The notes beneath the pieces are model-generated. The model did not search any database. It saw only the letters and a list, made by a program, of their open reading frames with translations, and had not been told where the DNA came from. From a virus (Duplodnaviria > Heunggongvirae > Uroviricota > Caudoviricetes): a stretch of 40,994 nt of DNA. Shown in pieces: positions 8,334-20,146 of this stretch. A program made the translations under genes and the position numbers. The stretch's first letter is position 1. Each line of letters starts with the position of its first letter. The DNA lies in the IMG/VR virus record IMGVR_UViG_2617270943_000004, positions 1 to 40,994 of that record. The stretch is one strand, 5' to 3'.

Positions 8334-10448
8334 CTATTCATATTCATTCATACCGCTTAACGAGGCGACAATACCAGCTCTCGACAAGCGATTGAATTCA
8401 TCGCTACCAATAGCATCGCGTATTGCTTTTACGGCGGCTTTATTTTCCATAAATCTGCGTTCCGCCGCCGCTAATGCTTCTTTACTTCCGCCAGTTCTTA
8501 CTGCTTTCGTGGCTTCCTGAACTGCTTTCTCTATCGCATATCGACCGCTACGCGTGGTGGCAATTTTAGATACAGCACCTTTTAACCCGGCGCCAACTAA
8601 AGCACCTGCGGCAGCGCCTGCAATGCCCCCTCCTGCTCCACCAACAATGGCACCTGATGTTGAGTTGGCAATTGCATTTAACACTGTTGATGTGACGTTG
8701 GATAAACCGGCATCCAGATCGCGTAGTACATTGGCAGTTCTCCCTGTTCTTTCAATATACTGCTGAGGTTTCACTGCTGCTCTTGCAAGAGTGCCATATG
8801 CATCAGCAATTCTTCCGAGTTCTGAGGAATATCTGCTAATGGCTTTTACATTTTGTGGGGTAAGTATCCCTGCGATATGGTTAATTCCTGCTGCATCAGC
8901 TTTGCCACCACGTACACCATGCGAGATAGCATCTTGCAACATTGATGATATAGCAGGAACACGCTCTGATTCTGGCAGCGCGCGGATCATAGAATGGAAC
9001 CCAGCAGGACCATTAAGACCTTTAGCTGACGATGATTGAAGGGATTTTACTCCATTCGTAATCAGTGCATCTGTTGCCAAATCACGCCCGAAAACAGACT
9101 CTGCACTCTCTTGTGCTGATAACCTCGCTTTAGACAGATCATTAGCTTTCTGCCAGTCATCAAGAAATCCGCCGTTTTCCGCCATTGTGCGCATATCATC
9201 AGTAATTGCCCGGCGTATTTCCCCTACTCTCCTTGCCGCATTTGCCTCTCCGCTACGCTTATATTTTTGCTCCGCATCAGCAAATTTCGCTCTCCATGCT
9301 TTCATGCCATCAAATGTTACTCCACCTTGATTGTTTGCCTGAACAAACTGTTTCATTTCAGGAGTAAGCGGTATGCCAGCAGATCGCTCTGCCTGAATAA
9401 CGGCATTACCATTTAGCATTCTTGCTTTTTGATTTGGCATTGTTGACCGCACGTCATCCCATGCCGCGCGCTCGGCATCCTTCATCTGATCAAGATTTTG
9501 AAGAATCCTTTGTTTTATAGCCGCACTTTTTTCTGATGCCGTTCCAGATGCGGCCCCAAATTCATCAAGGTTTCGACTTAACTTTGATGATATTTCGTTA
9601 AATGCTGCCTGATGGGCGTCCTGAACAATTCCAGGTGTTGATGCCAATGCGCCTTCGGCTTGTGCAATTCCACGACTTCCAGATCGCATTCCTGGTGTTA
9701 ATGCGTTTATATCAATTCCAGCAGACTCAGCTGCTTTTGCTACATCTTCGGACACATTAGCGGCCTGACTGGCAATTGACTGACGCCCAGCACCTGACTT
9801 TGCCATCCTGGAAACATCATTAGCAGAATTCAGTGCTGCACCACCAAGAGCCTGTGAAACCTTTGGCGCAATAACGCGCCCGACACCTGAAAGAACGCCT
9901 TGAGCACCAATATTGATACCACCGTTAATGGCAGCATTTTGTGCAAAATCACCCTCCTGATTTGCAGCATCAGCAAGAGAACCGGCAATCATGTTTCCTG
10001 CGGAACCGATGTCTCCTGCGAGCTTTGCTGGCGCTCCAGCAGCTTTTGCCGCTGTGCCAATTGGCAGGAGATACCCACCAATTGTTTCACCGGCTTGCGC
10101 GTAAGGGTCTGTCGGTCGATCGACTGGACGATAGACATCATCCAAAACCTTGGGGCCACCAAGCCCCTGGCTGATTGCATTAATCAGACTTGCGCCACCC
10201 TGCAATACGTCAAATGGTATGTTTACCAGACCACGACCAGCCTGTTCTGCAATTTGCCCTGCACTTTGACCACCAGTGAGCCAGTCAGTGGCTTTTCCTA
10301 CCAGAGATTGTTCTTCTGGCTGCGATTGGTTTTGAGTGGATTGATCACCAGAAGACAGCATCTGAGCAATGCGACGTGCTCCCTCAGTATCACCGGCAGC
10401 ATCAGCATTCCTTAACGCCGTCATCAACTGTTCGCGACTATAGGCCAT
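8334..10448 (-). CDS. Ejection (internal virion) protein, P22 gp16-like
   Basis: 704 aa, Ala/Gly-rich; position in the conserved P22-like order (16 after 20 after 7). Confidence 0.55.
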   Translation of the reverse strand: MAYSREQLMTALRNADAAGDTEGARRIAQMLSSGDQSTQNQSQPEEQSLVGKATDWLTGGQSAGQIAEQAGRGLVNIPFDVLQGGASLINAISQGLGGPKVLDDVYRPVDRPTDPYAQAGETIGGYLLPIGTAAKAAGAPAKLAGDIGSAGNMIAGSLADAANQEGDFAQNAAINGGINIGAQGVLSGVGRVIAPKVSQALGGAALNSANDVSRMAKSGAGRQSIASQAANVSEDVAKAAESAGIDINALTPGMRSGSRGIAQAEGALASTPGIVQDAHQAAFNEISSKLSRNLDEFGAASGTASEKSAAIKQRILQNLDQMKDAERAAWDDVRSTMPNQKARMLNGNAVIQAERSAGIPLTPEMKQFVQANNQGGVTFDGMKAWRAKFADAEQKYKRSGEANAARRVGEIRRAITDDMRTMAENGGFLDDWQKANDLSKARLSAQESAESVFGRDLATDALITNGVKSLQSSSAKGLNGPAGFHSMIRALPESERVPAISSMLQDAISHGVRGGKADAAGINHIAGILTPQNVKAISRYSSELGRIADAYGTLARAAVKPQQYIERTGRTANVLRDLDAGLSNVTSTVLNAIANSTSGAIVGGAGGGIAGAAAGALVGAGLKGAVSKIATTRSGRYAIEKAVQEATKAVRTGGSKEALAAAERRFMENKAAVKAIRDAIGSDEFNRLSRAGIVASLSGMNEYE

Positions 10449-11713
10449 TACTGCCCTCCGAGATATTTATTAATCAGGTCATCATCAGAAAGCTGCTGTT
10501 GAGACGGTTGTATGTCCTTCCCGTATTTCTGTTGCATACGTTTCTGAGCCATCTCAGTGGTTTTTATGATTGTTTTGATAGCTGCTCTGGCTGATTTTTC
10601 AGACTGATTTGGGGACAAACTACCAATAGCATCCATTACCTTTTGCCCCTCGGCATTACTTAAAGCCCCCATCCCTTTCATCTGCTGAATGCCAGATAAG
10701 AATCCCTGAGATTTCAGTGTGTCAACCAGAGTTTCTGTATCAGCAGCCTCTGTTCCTGGAATGAATCTACTCGATAGTGGGTTTAGGTTTGTTCCGAAAT
10801 ATCCCGTGAATCCTGGGCTATTAAGAACTTTTGTAGCCGTCTCTATCGTTCTGGAGAGATTATCCATTCCAGAGTTGTACGCATCGGCCTTATCTCGCTT
10901 TGCCTGCTCCATAGCTTGCTGATTCTGCAATCTCTTGTCCTGCAATTCAGCAAGTTTTAAGGCATTAGTTTCATTTGCGATGAGTCTGTCGTATTTCTTG
11001 TCCTCTAATTCCATCCGACGAAGATTGACATTTTGTTGCGCAATATTGTTGCTTGCCCACCCTCTGGCATTTGTCATGTCATTATTACGGATTGTTTCGT
11101 TAATTCTTTGCTGCTCCTGCTGGCGACCAGCCATCTTGTCCTGAACATTGAAGTAATCAATCGGACCAAGAGCAGCCATTCCGAGGTGATCAACAAACTC
11201 ACCAAATCCTGAAGGGTTCTGCTGATACATCTGAGCAACGCTGTTAGGGTCAACACCGACGCGAGTCAGTTCCTTGGCGTTGTTTTGCAGCCATGATTGC
11301 ATTGCTTCTGGAGACGATGACGCAAGGCGTGCGCCAGCCGCTAAGGTGCCGATAGAATTACGCTGATCTTCATCAATGAATCCCATGCCTTTACGAACTG
11401 ATTCAATCTGGTCTGGATATTGAGTAGCCAACTGACGCAAAGCACCGCGATCACCAGACGCATAAGCATTAGCGTATGCCTGCTGAAATTCTTTCTGCCG
11501 CTGAGCCTGCTTTTCCTGCTGAAAAACACCCGCAATACCAGAAAGACCTTGCAAAGCAGTCAGCCCAACATTGTTAGCGCCTGAACGCTCAATATCATTG
11601 TTCTGCCTGATAAGCTGAAGCGTATTGCCGATGTCATTTACGTTAGGAGCGTTTGAGTTGACGCCACCGATACCAGCCAACAATCCGCCGTTTGTTCCTT
11701 GCCAAGTAGCCAT
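10448..11713 (-). CDS. Ejection protein, P22 gp20-like
   Basis: 421 aa; synteny; start overlaps the downstream gene stop. Confidence 0.55.
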   Translation of the reverse strand: MATWQGTNGGLLAGIGGVNSNAPNVNDIGNTLQLIRQNNDIERSGANNVGLTALQGLSGIAGVFQQEKQAQRQKEFQQAYANAYASGDRGALRQLATQYPDQIESVRKGMGFIDEDQRNSIGTLAAGARLASSSPEAMQSWLQNNAKELTRVGVDPNSVAQMYQQNPSGFGEFVDHLGMAALGPIDYFNVQDKMAGRQQEQQRINETIRNNDMTNARGWASNNIAQQNVNLRRMELEDKKYDRLIANETNALKLAELQDKRLQNQQAMEQAKRDKADAYNSGMDNLSRTIETATKVLNSPGFTGYFGTNLNPLSSRFIPGTEAADTETLVDTLKSQGFLSGIQQMKGMGALSNAEGQKVMDAIGSLSPNQSEKSARAAIKTIIKTTEMAQKRMQQKYGKDIQPSQQQLSDDDLINKYLGGQ

Positions 11714-11722
11714 GATTACCCC

Positions 11723-12415
11723 TTAAAACAACGAGCCAAGCAATCCGATACCAGCACCAATGCCAGCGCCCCAAGGCGTTGATGTTCCCAAAAGGCTGGC
11801 AAGACCTGCACCGGCAATCGCACCAGACGTGCCGCCGCTAATTGCAGTCTGAAGACTTGATGGTTTATTGGCATTAGCAGCGGCAAGAGCCGCACTTTGC
11901 TGTGCAATGCTGCTCATGTTGTTGGCGTATGTCTGCCCAGCGTTTGCCTGACCTTGCAGCGCACCAAGCCCAACGTTTGCCAGATTGTTGTAATTGCTCA
12001 TCTGGTTTGATAACCAAGACTGACCGAGAGTCGGCGCGATCGTAGCCAGTTGATTGCTTGTGGCTGTCGAACCAAGTCCACCCGTCGCCTCCGCAGCAGC
12101 AAGACTCTGGTAACGAGCCTGATCTGCAAGGTCTTTATACTGCTGAGAGTTGTAATACTGATTAAGTGCCTGCCCCTGACCTTCTAGACTGGAAAGGTTC
12201 TGAAGCTGGTTAACATACTGCTCCGCAAGAGGCGTGAACGGAGCAAGGTTTTTCATGATCGTCTGCCACTGCTGATTTTGCAGGTCTGCGGCATACTTCT
12301 GAGCTTCTGCTGCATACTTTGCGCTTTTATCAGAACTGCCACCTTTCCCACCCTTTTCAGGGCAATAAGGTTCCTCGCCGCGCAGTTTTCTGCCCAGCTT
12401 AAATGCATATAACAT
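11723..12415 (-). CDS. Ejection protein, P22 gp7-like
   Basis: 230 aa (P22 gp7 is about 229 aa); synteny. Confidence 0.6.
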   Translation of the reverse strand: MLYAFKLGRKLRGEEPYCPEKGGKGGSSDKSAKYAAEAQKYAADLQNQQWQTIMKNLAPFTPLAEQYVNQLQNLSSLEGQGQALNQYYNSQQYKDLADQARYQSLAAAEATGGLGSTATSNQLATIAPTLGQSWLSNQMSNYNNLANVGLGALQGQANAGQTYANNMSSIAQQSAALAAANANKPSSLQTAISGGTSGAIAGAGLASLLGTSTPWGAGIGAGIGLLGSLF

Positions 12416-12417
12416 GG

Positions 12418-12873
12418 CTATCTCCCGTGATTCAGGAAGTCGATTAGTTCTTCGCGTGTGGCGCTGTAAAAAGTCACGTCATCCACGCCTTTAAAGTATT
12501 TCTTGATGGTTCCGACACGCTTAAGGCCAATCATTGCGCAGTAAATCTGCCCGTGGCGGAATTTGCGTGCGGCGAACGATGTGACGCACTGAACGGTGGT
12601 GTTAGTCAGAATGTATCGCCAGAACGCCAGCCCGATTTCCTTGCTGAAGCCGCGAATCTCTGGCAGGTACATGGCGTGGCAATCGAATGTCAGCGGCTGA
12701 ATCTCCTGATAGTAAACAATGCCGCCGAACTGCCCGTGCACGTTCACCTCAAAGTAACGGCATTCAGGCTTGTAGTCGTATCCATCACCGTTGTTGCTCC
12801 CGGCAATAATGTCAGGGTGATTTCCGACAGCTTCGATCAGGTCGATGTTTCGCGTTGGTTTGAATGTAATCAT
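12418..12873 (-). CDS. P22 gp14-like virion assembly/ejection accessory protein
   Basis: 151 aa; between the tail needle and gp7-like genes as in P22. Confidence 0.45.
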   Translation of the reverse strand: MITFKPTRNIDLIEAVGNHPDIIAGSNNGDGYDYKPECRYFEVNVHGQFGGIVYYQEIQPLTFDCHAMYLPEIRGFSKEIGLAFWRYILTNTTVQCVTSFAARKFRHGQIYCAMIGLKRVGTIKKYFKGVDDVTFYSATREELIDFLNHGR

Positions 12874-13574
12874 CAGTCAATCAGCCCATGTAATCTAAGT
12901 GCCGTTTCAAGCGCCAGAATACGCTGCCGAGCCTGCTGCAAACCTGTAGCGAGAGCCGCGACTTCGGATTGTGTGTACGTAGTGCCGACCGTGTATGACT
13001 GGTTAGCGTTGAATGAGCCAAGAAGAGGTGTACCTGTGGCTGCAGTCCATCCGGTCTGCCTTGCTCCAACGACCTGAATTCCATCAACTGAATATGATGT
13101 TTTTACATCCAGCGGTGACGCAAGAGACTGCGATTCGGTTACGGTTTTCGATACGTAATCACTCTTAATGCCAGAGACATCGTTTTCTACGTTATCCAGT
13201 CTTTGGTCAACAGTGACCAGATGCGCCTGAATATCGATAACCTCATCCAGCAAGTAATCAACATCGCTACGCAGTACGACTATCTTCCCTTCGGCAGTTG
13301 TTAACCTGACCTCAAGTAGATTTATCGCTTTTGTGTTTGCGGTGATTCTTGCATCGTGATCTGCCAGTTCGACGTCCTGTTCATCGTTTTTTACCTGGGC
13401 ATCGTAAGCGCCCTGACCAGCCTGATTTGCCTTCCCAGCAATTGCACCGACATCAGCTCCCTGATTTATGACATACAGCAGGTAAGACTGGCTGAATATA
13501 TTGCGTGGCAAAATTGAAGCATCAAGGCGCGTAGCCTGAACCACGACAGGATCATTCAGTGATGAATCAGCCAT
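12873..13574 (-). CDS. Tail needle protein, P22 gp26-like
   Basis: 233 aa, same length as P22 gp26; N-terminal [22 protein letters not shown] and C-terminal [50 protein letters not shown] match the recalled gp26 termini. Confidence 0.75.
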   Translation of the reverse strand: MADSSLNDPVVVQATRLDASILPRNIFSQSYLLYVINQGADVGAIAGKANQAGQGAYDAQVKNDEQDVELADHDARITANTKAINLLEVRLTTAEGKIVVLRSDVDYLLDEVIDIQAHLVTVDQRLDNVENDVSGIKSDYVSKTVTESQSLASPLDVKTSYSVDGIQVVGARQTGWTAATGTPLLGSFNANQSYTVGTTYTQSEVAALATGLQQARQRILALETALRLHGLID

Positions 13575-14992
13575 TACTCAATCCTTATCTGGCAGCCAGA
13601 CAGAGTGACAGGTGACTTCGTGATAACGCGCAATTTGAAGCCGACATTTTTCCTGATGCGCCCTACTCGCTTCCACAAAACGCGTTTGTCGTAAACGAAC
13701 GGTTCATTCTGCTCAATCATCTGCTCACGACCGTAATTGATGCCGTCAGTGGTTGCAGAGAGGAACAGGCGGTCGGCGTACTGCGCAACGCCAGTTGACG
13801 ATTCAACCTCAAGGTCGAACACTCTGGCGTTATCCGCTTTGAAGAGTGGAGTAAACAGCAGGTGTTCCTGCTGCTTGTCGTACTGGCTGCTGATATCGAA
13901 CTGCAATTTCCCGGTCACGGACTCCAGCTTATCGCCGCACGTTATCTGATTGCCTTCGTAAATGAAGTCGATAGCGCGGTACACATCGTCATACAGGCCT
14001 GTTTTCAGCACACACCATTGCGGACCATTGGCGCTTGAAGATGCGTCGTACACAAGGACGTGACGCGAAAGATGGATAATCAGCAACTCATGAGCATCAA
14101 ACCGCAACGATTCCATCACACCATCAGCCAGTTCATCAGCAGTGTAGGAGCGGAGGATTTTCTCAATGCTCGCGCTGGCGATTGGTGATACCTGACCGGA
14201 GCCGATGATGTATACAGACGGAGCACCTGTTGCCGGATTGCTGATAAACGCATAGGAATCAGCAAACGGCGTTTTGCAGTAAGTTCCGGCAATGCCTTTC
14301 TGCACCATCAGCGATGGCTGTGCGACATACAAAGCAGCACCAACTGTGGTTGCACCAGTCAGGGAGAAATATTCAATCGTCGATGAACCAAAGCAGACGA
14401 TGAAGTCTCGCCATGTCCCGATACCGATGATGCCGTCCGGCTGAGACTCGGCACGATATTGTGCGCTGTAACGGTCAGGGTGCGATTCGTCTTCAAGGTC
14501 AGTGATAAACCATGAATCAGTTCCGTCTTTTGACCACGCATAACGCCCACGTAAGCGCGTAATGTCGCGAACTGAACCTAACTCGTACTGTGTGAATCCG
14601 CTGTCTGTAGGCCAGTTTGAGACGGTTTTAACCGTACCATCATAGCGATACTCGACCAGTTGACCATTAACGCCTACAGCCTGTGATGTCCGACCATGTG
14701 CCATTGATACGCGACCACTTCCGGCAACGTCACCGACTTCACTTTCGCCTTTGTAGAGCTTGCCACCACACACGCGATAAACAGCATTCTGCGCCATGTT
14801 GTACTCGACACCGCGCGATACACCATTCACATCAGAGCGTTTGGCAATGCCCGGGAATGAGCGAAGATATCCGCTGCTGTTGAGGATTTCTTTGGGTGTA
14901 GCCAGCATATTCACTGGCAGATAGTCGATATAGTCGGCGTTTCGAAAGTCTTTGCCGACACCTTTCATAAGCGGAAGTTGCTGAATCGGCAT
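13574..14992 (-). CDS. Tail hub protein, P22 gp10-like
   Basis: 472 aa, same length as P22 gp10; synteny. Confidence 0.65.
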   Translation of the reverse strand: MPIQQLPLMKGVGKDFRNADYIDYLPVNMLATPKEILNSSGYLRSFPGIAKRSDVNGVSRGVEYNMAQNAVYRVCGGKLYKGESEVGDVAGSGRVSMAHGRTSQAVGVNGQLVEYRYDGTVKTVSNWPTDSGFTQYELGSVRDITRLRGRYAWSKDGTDSWFITDLEDESHPDRYSAQYRAESQPDGIIGIGTWRDFIVCFGSSTIEYFSLTGATTVGAALYVAQPSLMVQKGIAGTYCKTPFADSYAFISNPATGAPSVYIIGSGQVSPIASASIEKILRSYTADELADGVMESLRFDAHELLIIHLSRHVLVYDASSSANGPQWCVLKTGLYDDVYRAIDFIYEGNQITCGDKLESVTGKLQFDISSQYDKQQEHLLFTPLFKADNARVFDLEVESSTGVAQYADRLFLSATTDGINYGREQMIEQNEPFVYDKRVLWKRVGRIRKNVGFKLRVITKSPVTLSGCQIRIE

Positions 14993-15001
14993 TTATTCAC
15001 C

Positions 15002-15463
15002 TCACGTACTCGGATCATCTTTCTCGATGTAAAACCGATTCCACGTAAACGCGCTTTTGTTACCACTACCGCGAGGCATGTCATTTCGCCGCTCAAGTGG
15101 TGGTATTTTGGTTAAAGCGATGCAAATTGTCTGGTATGCACTGTCAGCAGCGGTAAGGAGAGCGTCTGACGGCTGAATGACGTTATCCATGCACACTTGC
15201 ACAGCGAGTTTCAAGGCGACGCCATCATTTGCCCATGCAGGGATACCTGAATCATCGTCAGGTAACGGCATGATGCCGTTTTCTGTATCAGCAAACTGAT
15301 ATCCAAGCTCGATACCTTTAGCCTGCCATGCTGCCATCATGTCTTCGAGGTCATTAATGGCATCTTCAATTGCCTGAGGGTCAGCATCTGTCAACGTGGC
15401 ATTGGAATACAGCCCGGCTTTTCGTAAAGCCTTAAGAACGAGATCACCCTTCGTTTTCGCCAT
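15002..15463 (-). CDS. Tail adaptor (head completion) protein, P22 gp4-like
   Basis: 153 aa; synteny between coat and gp10-like genes. Confidence 0.55.
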   Translation of the reverse strand: MAKTKGDLVLKALRKAGLYSNATLTDADPQAIEDAINDLEDMMAAWQAKGIELGYQFADTENGIMPLPDDDSGIPAWANDGVALKLAVQVCMDNVIQPSDALLTAADSAYQTICIALTKIPPLERRNDMPRGSGNKSAFTWNRFYIEKDDPST

Positions 15464-15632
15464 CTTCTTCCGCCTTAGCCACTTTATGCTTCGTTGCGGT
15501 TTCTTCAGGAGTTTTTACCCAGCCTTTTTTCAGGTGAGATTTAACTTCTTCGTCATCAACAATGATGTAATCGACAGCAAACTGACCGCAGGTGATCATG
15601 TTGCCAGGCTTATAGAGCATTGTTCGTGCCAT
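15444..15632 (-). CDS. Hypothetical small protein
   Basis: 62 aa from ATG 15632 with GGGAGAAG RBS; between coat and gp4-like genes. Confidence 0.35.
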   Translation of the reverse strand: MARTMLYKPGNMITCGQFAVDYIIVDDEEVKSHLKKGWVKTPEETATKHKVAKAEEDGENEG

Positions 15633-15640
15633 TGTCTTCT

Positions 15641-15667
15641 CCCAATAAAAATGGGGCCGAAGCCCCA
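15641..15667 (-). terminator. Intrinsic terminator directly after the coat gene
   Basis: Hairpin TGGGGC-CGAA-GCCCCA (15652-15667) followed on the minus strand by TTTTTATTGGG. Confidence 0.45.
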
Positions 15668-15673
15668 CCAAAA

Positions 15674-16927
15674 TTACTGCCCGGCAATAACGATGCCCGT
15701 ATATTCAGGAACCAGTACAGAGCAACCGTACAGAGTGGTGAAACGCGCAGTGGTTACACCTTTGATGTGGTCGAAGGCGTAAGACATGATCAGCGTAGCG
15801 CCCTGCTCGGTGGTTGCTGTCATTACCTGTGGACCCTGACCAGTCGGGAACGCCAGTTTGCCGTACATCAGCTCAACAGAACCATCAGCCCAGAACAGGT
15901 TAGCAGGTGCTGCGTTCTTGTTGAGAATGGTGATTGCTGCTGATGCTGCCGGCTTGGCATCGACGTTTGCATATGGACGACTCGCAACATCGGCATTTTC
16001 AACAGGGAGAATCTTTGGAGAGATTGTTACGGTAGTTCCGCTAACAGCCAGAACACGGAATACCTGCGGTTGCCCGGTGGTATCTTTTGTGATCTGGTGT
16101 ACGGAATTCACACCGGCAATGGTGAACGCATCACCAACCTGCAAGCCAGATGCAGATACCGTAATAGTCCCCTGTCGGTTATCAACTGGCATACCATTTG
16201 AATCTTTCGCTTCAACCTTGTGTTCAGGTTGGCCTGATACCGTCAAGGATTCAGCGCTTCCTTTCGGTAATCGACCAGAAATATCGGTCTTGTAGCTATC
16301 AAAGGAAGCAACCGGAGGGATCTGCGCTTTTTCGTATGCTGTCAGGGTTGCGCCCTGAGCATAGGCACGGTGACCAAGCTCGCCAGCAAGATCTTTGTAG
16401 TTGAAGGGGTTCCAGAAAGAGCGACGGTTGATACCCTGAGGTACACCAATCGCCGTCATGGTGGCATCAATGCCTGCCGCACAGTTCCACAAATCACGGC
16501 CCTGTGTACCTGTGGTTGAGTCAGCCATCGTGATCACGTTAGTAGCACGCTGCGTGACCATGGAAATCAGGTCAGAGTCAATCTGTGCAGCAAGGCGCAT
16601 ACCTGCGGCGCGACCAGCTTCAGTTTTATGTTCCGGGTCACGCATTTCACGCGCATCCAGAGTGTACAGAATGTTTTTCGGCTCCTTGAACACAGAAGGA
16701 ACAAGGCGCTGAACCAGTGCTGTTGGCGTTTTGCCGCTGAGGTCTAGGCCTTCCTCAATGTTCATGTGGTAATGCTGCGGACGATACAGAACATCACCTG
16801 CTCGCTGCATTGCTGTATCACCGGGACGGAATTTTTTAGCGTTACGGGAAACTACGCAGGCGGCCTCAAAGCCTTCAACGTAGTTTTCGAACATGATTTC
16901 AAGGTCTTTTGCTAATTGGTTAGCCAT
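15674..16927 (-). CDS. Major coat protein (P22-like)
   Basis: 417 aa; between scaffold and gp4-like genes; size near P22 gp5 (430 aa). Confidence 0.7.
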   Translation of the reverse strand: MANQLAKDLEIMFENYVEGFEAACVVSRNAKKFRPGDTAMQRAGDVLYRPQHYHMNIEEGLDLSGKTPTALVQRLVPSVFKEPKNILYTLDAREMRDPEHKTEAGRAAGMRLAAQIDSDLISMVTQRATNVITMADSTTGTQGRDLWNCAAGIDATMTAIGVPQGINRRSFWNPFNYKDLAGELGHRAYAQGATLTAYEKAQIPPVASFDSYKTDISGRLPKGSAESLTVSGQPEHKVEAKDSNGMPVDNRQGTITVSASGLQVGDAFTIAGVNSVHQITKDTTGQPQVFRVLAVSGTTVTISPKILPVENADVASRPYANVDAKPAASAAITILNKNAAPANLFWADGSVELMYGKLAFPTGQGPQVMTATTEQGATLIMSYAFDHIKGVTTARFTTLYGCSVLVPEYTGIVIAGQ

Positions 16928-16945
16928 GCTTAATGCTCCGATAGG

Positions 16946-17839
16946 TTATTTTTTTGCCTTTTTAGCGGCGAAATACGGCGTCCAGTCACCAGTTTCCAGC
17001 GCCTTGGCTTTCAGTTTGTCGAGGTTATTGATTACTGCGCCGTTGCTCCCCTTAACTGTCGGTGTTGTGGCTGCCGTGGTTTTTGCTTTTGGCATGATTC
17101 TGGCCTTCGATTCGATACGTTCCAGCAGACGACCAATTGCTACGGGGTTGGTAGCTTCTGCCAGTTGCTTGCGCAGTTCAGCGTTGCGACCGAGCGCCAG
17201 AACAACGATTTCCGGCTTCTCTGACTCAAACAGGATCGCGTTTTGTGTCTCGATGGGGATTTCCTCGAGTACGGCCTGCTCAGCTTCCTGATAGCCAGGA
17301 ACTTTGAGAGCCTTAACACGTTGCTGATATTTGGATAATCGCTCTTGATAGGCAGCCTGAAGCTCCTGCTCCTTCTGCTTGCGAGCCATCTCCTGTTGCT
17401 GGTACTTGCCGTTATCCTCTGCCCACTTAGCCATGCGTTGCTGGTAGATTTCTTCATCGAAACCGATGTCCTCATCATCCAGTTTTGGCATTCGCGGTGG
17501 TTGAGTGATTACCGGCTGCTGCTCGACGGGTTTCTGAGACTGACGCATCAGCTCTTTCAGCTCGCGATCTTTCTCTTTAATCGTCTTGCGCAGGTGTTTT
17601 ACCAGTCCATGCTCTGCGCTATCTTCGCTGGTTGGCGAATCCAGCTTTTCGTCACCAAAGTAGAATTCCTGTTCTGATTCGTCGTCATCAGTTTCAGTAG
17701 CTTCCTCTGCATCATTGCCAGAGGACTCACTGCCATCTTCTGTTTCGACTTCTTCAGCCAGTTCGACATCATCAGGAATCTGCTCTGACGCGTCGGTTTC
17801 GATTTCAACTTCTGGTGTGTTTTCTGCCATCTGGTCCAT
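16946..17839 (-). CDS. Scaffolding protein
   Basis: 297 aa, highly charged and helical in composition; between portal and coat; size near P22 gp8. Confidence 0.7.
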   Translation of the reverse strand: MDQMAENTPEVEIETDASEQIPDDVELAEEVETEDGSESSGNDAEEATETDDDESEQEFYFGDEKLDSPTSEDSAEHGLVKHLRKTIKEKDRELKELMRQSQKPVEQQPVITQPPRMPKLDDEDIGFDEEIYQQRMAKWAEDNGKYQQQEMARKQKEQELQAAYQERLSKYQQRVKALKVPGYQEAEQAVLEEIPIETQNAILFESEKPEIVVLALGRNAELRKQLAEATNPVAIGRLLERIESKARIMPKAKTTAATTPTVKGSNGAVINNLDKLKAKALETGDWTPYFAAKKAKK

Positions 17840-17929
17840 TTGTTACCCCTGTTTACTCGATGTTCAGCCCATCGGAAGGCAATAGGGTGCCAGGCCTCAT
17901 AAAGACAGCCATTGCACGTTATGGGTTAA

Positions 17930-20146
17930 TTACTGCTGTGGTTGTTGCCGGGTTGATTTTTGCAGGATGCTGCTGATGTCCATGCGCTGCGCATGGCCCT
18001 GTGCCTGACTTTTCAGGACAAGCTCTGCATCAGCACGGGCATTGTCTCCTTGCTGTTGCTGGAACTGTCCGAGCAGTTTCAGAGCCTCGCGGATATCAGA
18101 TTTCTGCTGGCTATCGGCAGATGCGAGTATTTTCACAACATTTGCCGCTGCAACCTGAGCATCAGTCTGTGCCTGGAATGCTTTAACCTGAATGGCTGCC
18201 TGTTCGTTCTGCGCTTTCTGCAATTCAGCCTGACCAGCAAGAAGCTGACCTTGCGCAGCAACCATAGCCGGATCTGGCTGACTGGCCTGTTGTTGTTTCG
18301 CCTGCTCAACCATCTTCTGTTCTTCTGGTGTTCTCGGCTTGATAACTCCAGACAGAAGCAACTGATTGCGGTTGTATTCTTTAAGGTCGTCCATCCCTTC
18401 GCCGTCCATATTGTCGAGAATCATCGACGATACAAGGTCGTGCTTCGGAGTTCCTGGTGGGATAAGTGCCAGCATGGAAAGTAACGACTTAACCGTCGCA
18501 TCACGGCGAGTAGCGAACGACTGGCCAACATCGACAGTCACTTCATAGTTACCCTGCGAAAGGTCATTAAGCGCGATAACCTGCCCTGTCTGACGGTCAA
18601 CCACTTCACCAGTCATCAGCGCCACGTCATCGCTGCCATCCTCATTAACGATGCGCATTGGCGTATCGCTGCCATAGACTTCACGAGCCATAGAAAGCCA
18701 CACGACGCCAGCACGGCGCATGGATTTAGCCATGTTGTCCATGTAGATATAGGACTGCGTGTCCATCCGGTTAAAGATGCTATCAACGGTATCGGTAGCG
18801 ACGTTGCTCGGCATGTTCTCAAGCTGCGACGCACCTGTAATTTGCTGAATAGCCGTTCCGGTGTACTGCAATAGCCCGGCAAGAGCAGGAGGCATTTGTG
18901 TCGGAGGTGTCCAGCCAGCAACCTGAGCCTCTGAAATGACTGTTCCGTTTTTGTCCTTCTTGCTGGTCATAGGAAGAACTGCAGGTCTTTTCTTATTCCT
19001 CTCTGCCCAGTGATTCATTAATGGACCTGGAATGAAATCAACATCCACGATAGGAATGCCATCACCGCCAGCCTGAGTAGCGTTATCTGCAATCATGGAA
19101 ACCATCAGATTCTCAAGACGCTGTGCATCCATCGCTTTTGCTGCGTGGCCTTCGATTCGCTCCTGATTATCAACAAATGAACGACGCCCATATACCGGGA
19201 TGAGAGGAATATGTTCGCCCGGAATACGCTTCGGTTCTTCCAGCCATTCAGCGCCAGACAGAAGGCCGCAATAAACGCGGCGTTTCTTCACTGTCCGCTC
19301 GCCAATCAGTTCGAATGCGCCATCGGTCAGCTCGTCGACAATATCTTTGATTTGATCTTCATCATAGATTGCCGTTTCTCCGCTAACAGGGTTACGCCAT
19401 GCTGTGAGCTTCACCTTCTCTATGCGAACTTCGTAGTAGCGACCAACATAGATAGCATCAGGAGTTGACCAGTCATATTGAGTGCCAGTGTCATCACGAG
19501 AAAGGCTTGCCGCGATGGAATCAGGGTATTCAGCCTCGAACGCTTTAGGCGTCATGGAGAACATTTCCATAGCCCACATAGCATCAGAGCGGTCATATTG
19601 CTTGCTGTCCTGATCGAAGAAGACGCATGTCGCTGGGTCGTAAACAGGAAGAAGGCTGATGCGTCGCTGCTCGTTACTCGGATCCATTTCATCTTCGTAA
19701 TCGGCACACATGCGGAAACAACCGAATCCGCCCGTTACAGCATCATCAAATGCGTTATCACACGCTTCGCCACCGGATGTTTCCTGATAGTCAGCGCGGA
19801 ATTTGCCGTTCATTTTTTCGGCTAACGCTTCCGATGCCTTGTCATCCTTAGGCCTGAACTTAACGCTGATGCGATTCTGTCGATACTCGCCAATGATGCG
19901 ATCACATTCACGGGCAATCTTATTCAGTTCAAAACGCGGGTAATGCTCAAACCTGCCTTCATCAAATGAGTAACCAGCGTTTGTGCTGCCTTCCCACTGT
20001 GCGCCGGACACCCGGACGAAACGTTGAGCCTCAATAATCTGCTCTCGCATATCCTGCGTTGCTGACCAGGCATTATCAAAGTTGCACAGCACCTTGCGAT
20101 GCCAGTCAGCCATCTTTCTATCATCAGCCATCATCCAACTCCGCAA
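17930..20146 (-). CDS. Portal protein (P22 gp1-like)
   Basis: 738 aa; Q/A-rich C-terminal helical tail as in P22 portal; follows terminase. Confidence 0.8.
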   Translation of the reverse strand: MRSWMMADDRKMADWHRKVLCNFDNAWSATQDMREQIIEAQRFVRVSGAQWEGSTNAGYSFDEGRFEHYPRFELNKIARECDRIIGEYRQNRISVKFRPKDDKASEALAEKMNGKFRADYQETSGGEACDNAFDDAVTGGFGCFRMCADYEDEMDPSNEQRRISLLPVYDPATCVFFDQDSKQYDRSDAMWAMEMFSMTPKAFEAEYPDSIAASLSRDDTGTQYDWSTPDAIYVGRYYEVRIEKVKLTAWRNPVSGETAIYDEDQIKDIVDELTDGAFELIGERTVKKRRVYCGLLSGAEWLEEPKRIPGEHIPLIPVYGRRSFVDNQERIEGHAAKAMDAQRLENLMVSMIADNATQAGGDGIPIVDVDFIPGPLMNHWAERNKKRPAVLPMTSKKDKNGTVISEAQVAGWTPPTQMPPALAGLLQYTGTAIQQITGASQLENMPSNVATDTVDSIFNRMDTQSYIYMDNMAKSMRRAGVVWLSMAREVYGSDTPMRIVNEDGSDDVALMTGEVVDRQTGQVIALNDLSQGNYEVTVDVGQSFATRRDATVKSLLSMLALIPPGTPKHDLVSSMILDNMDGEGMDDLKEYNRNQLLLSGVIKPRTPEEQKMVEQAKQQQASQPDPAMVAAQGQLLAGQAELQKAQNEQAAIQVKAFQAQTDAQVAAANVVKILASADSQQKSDIREALKLLGQFQQQQGDNARADAELVLKSQAQGHAQRMDISSILQKSTRQQPQQ

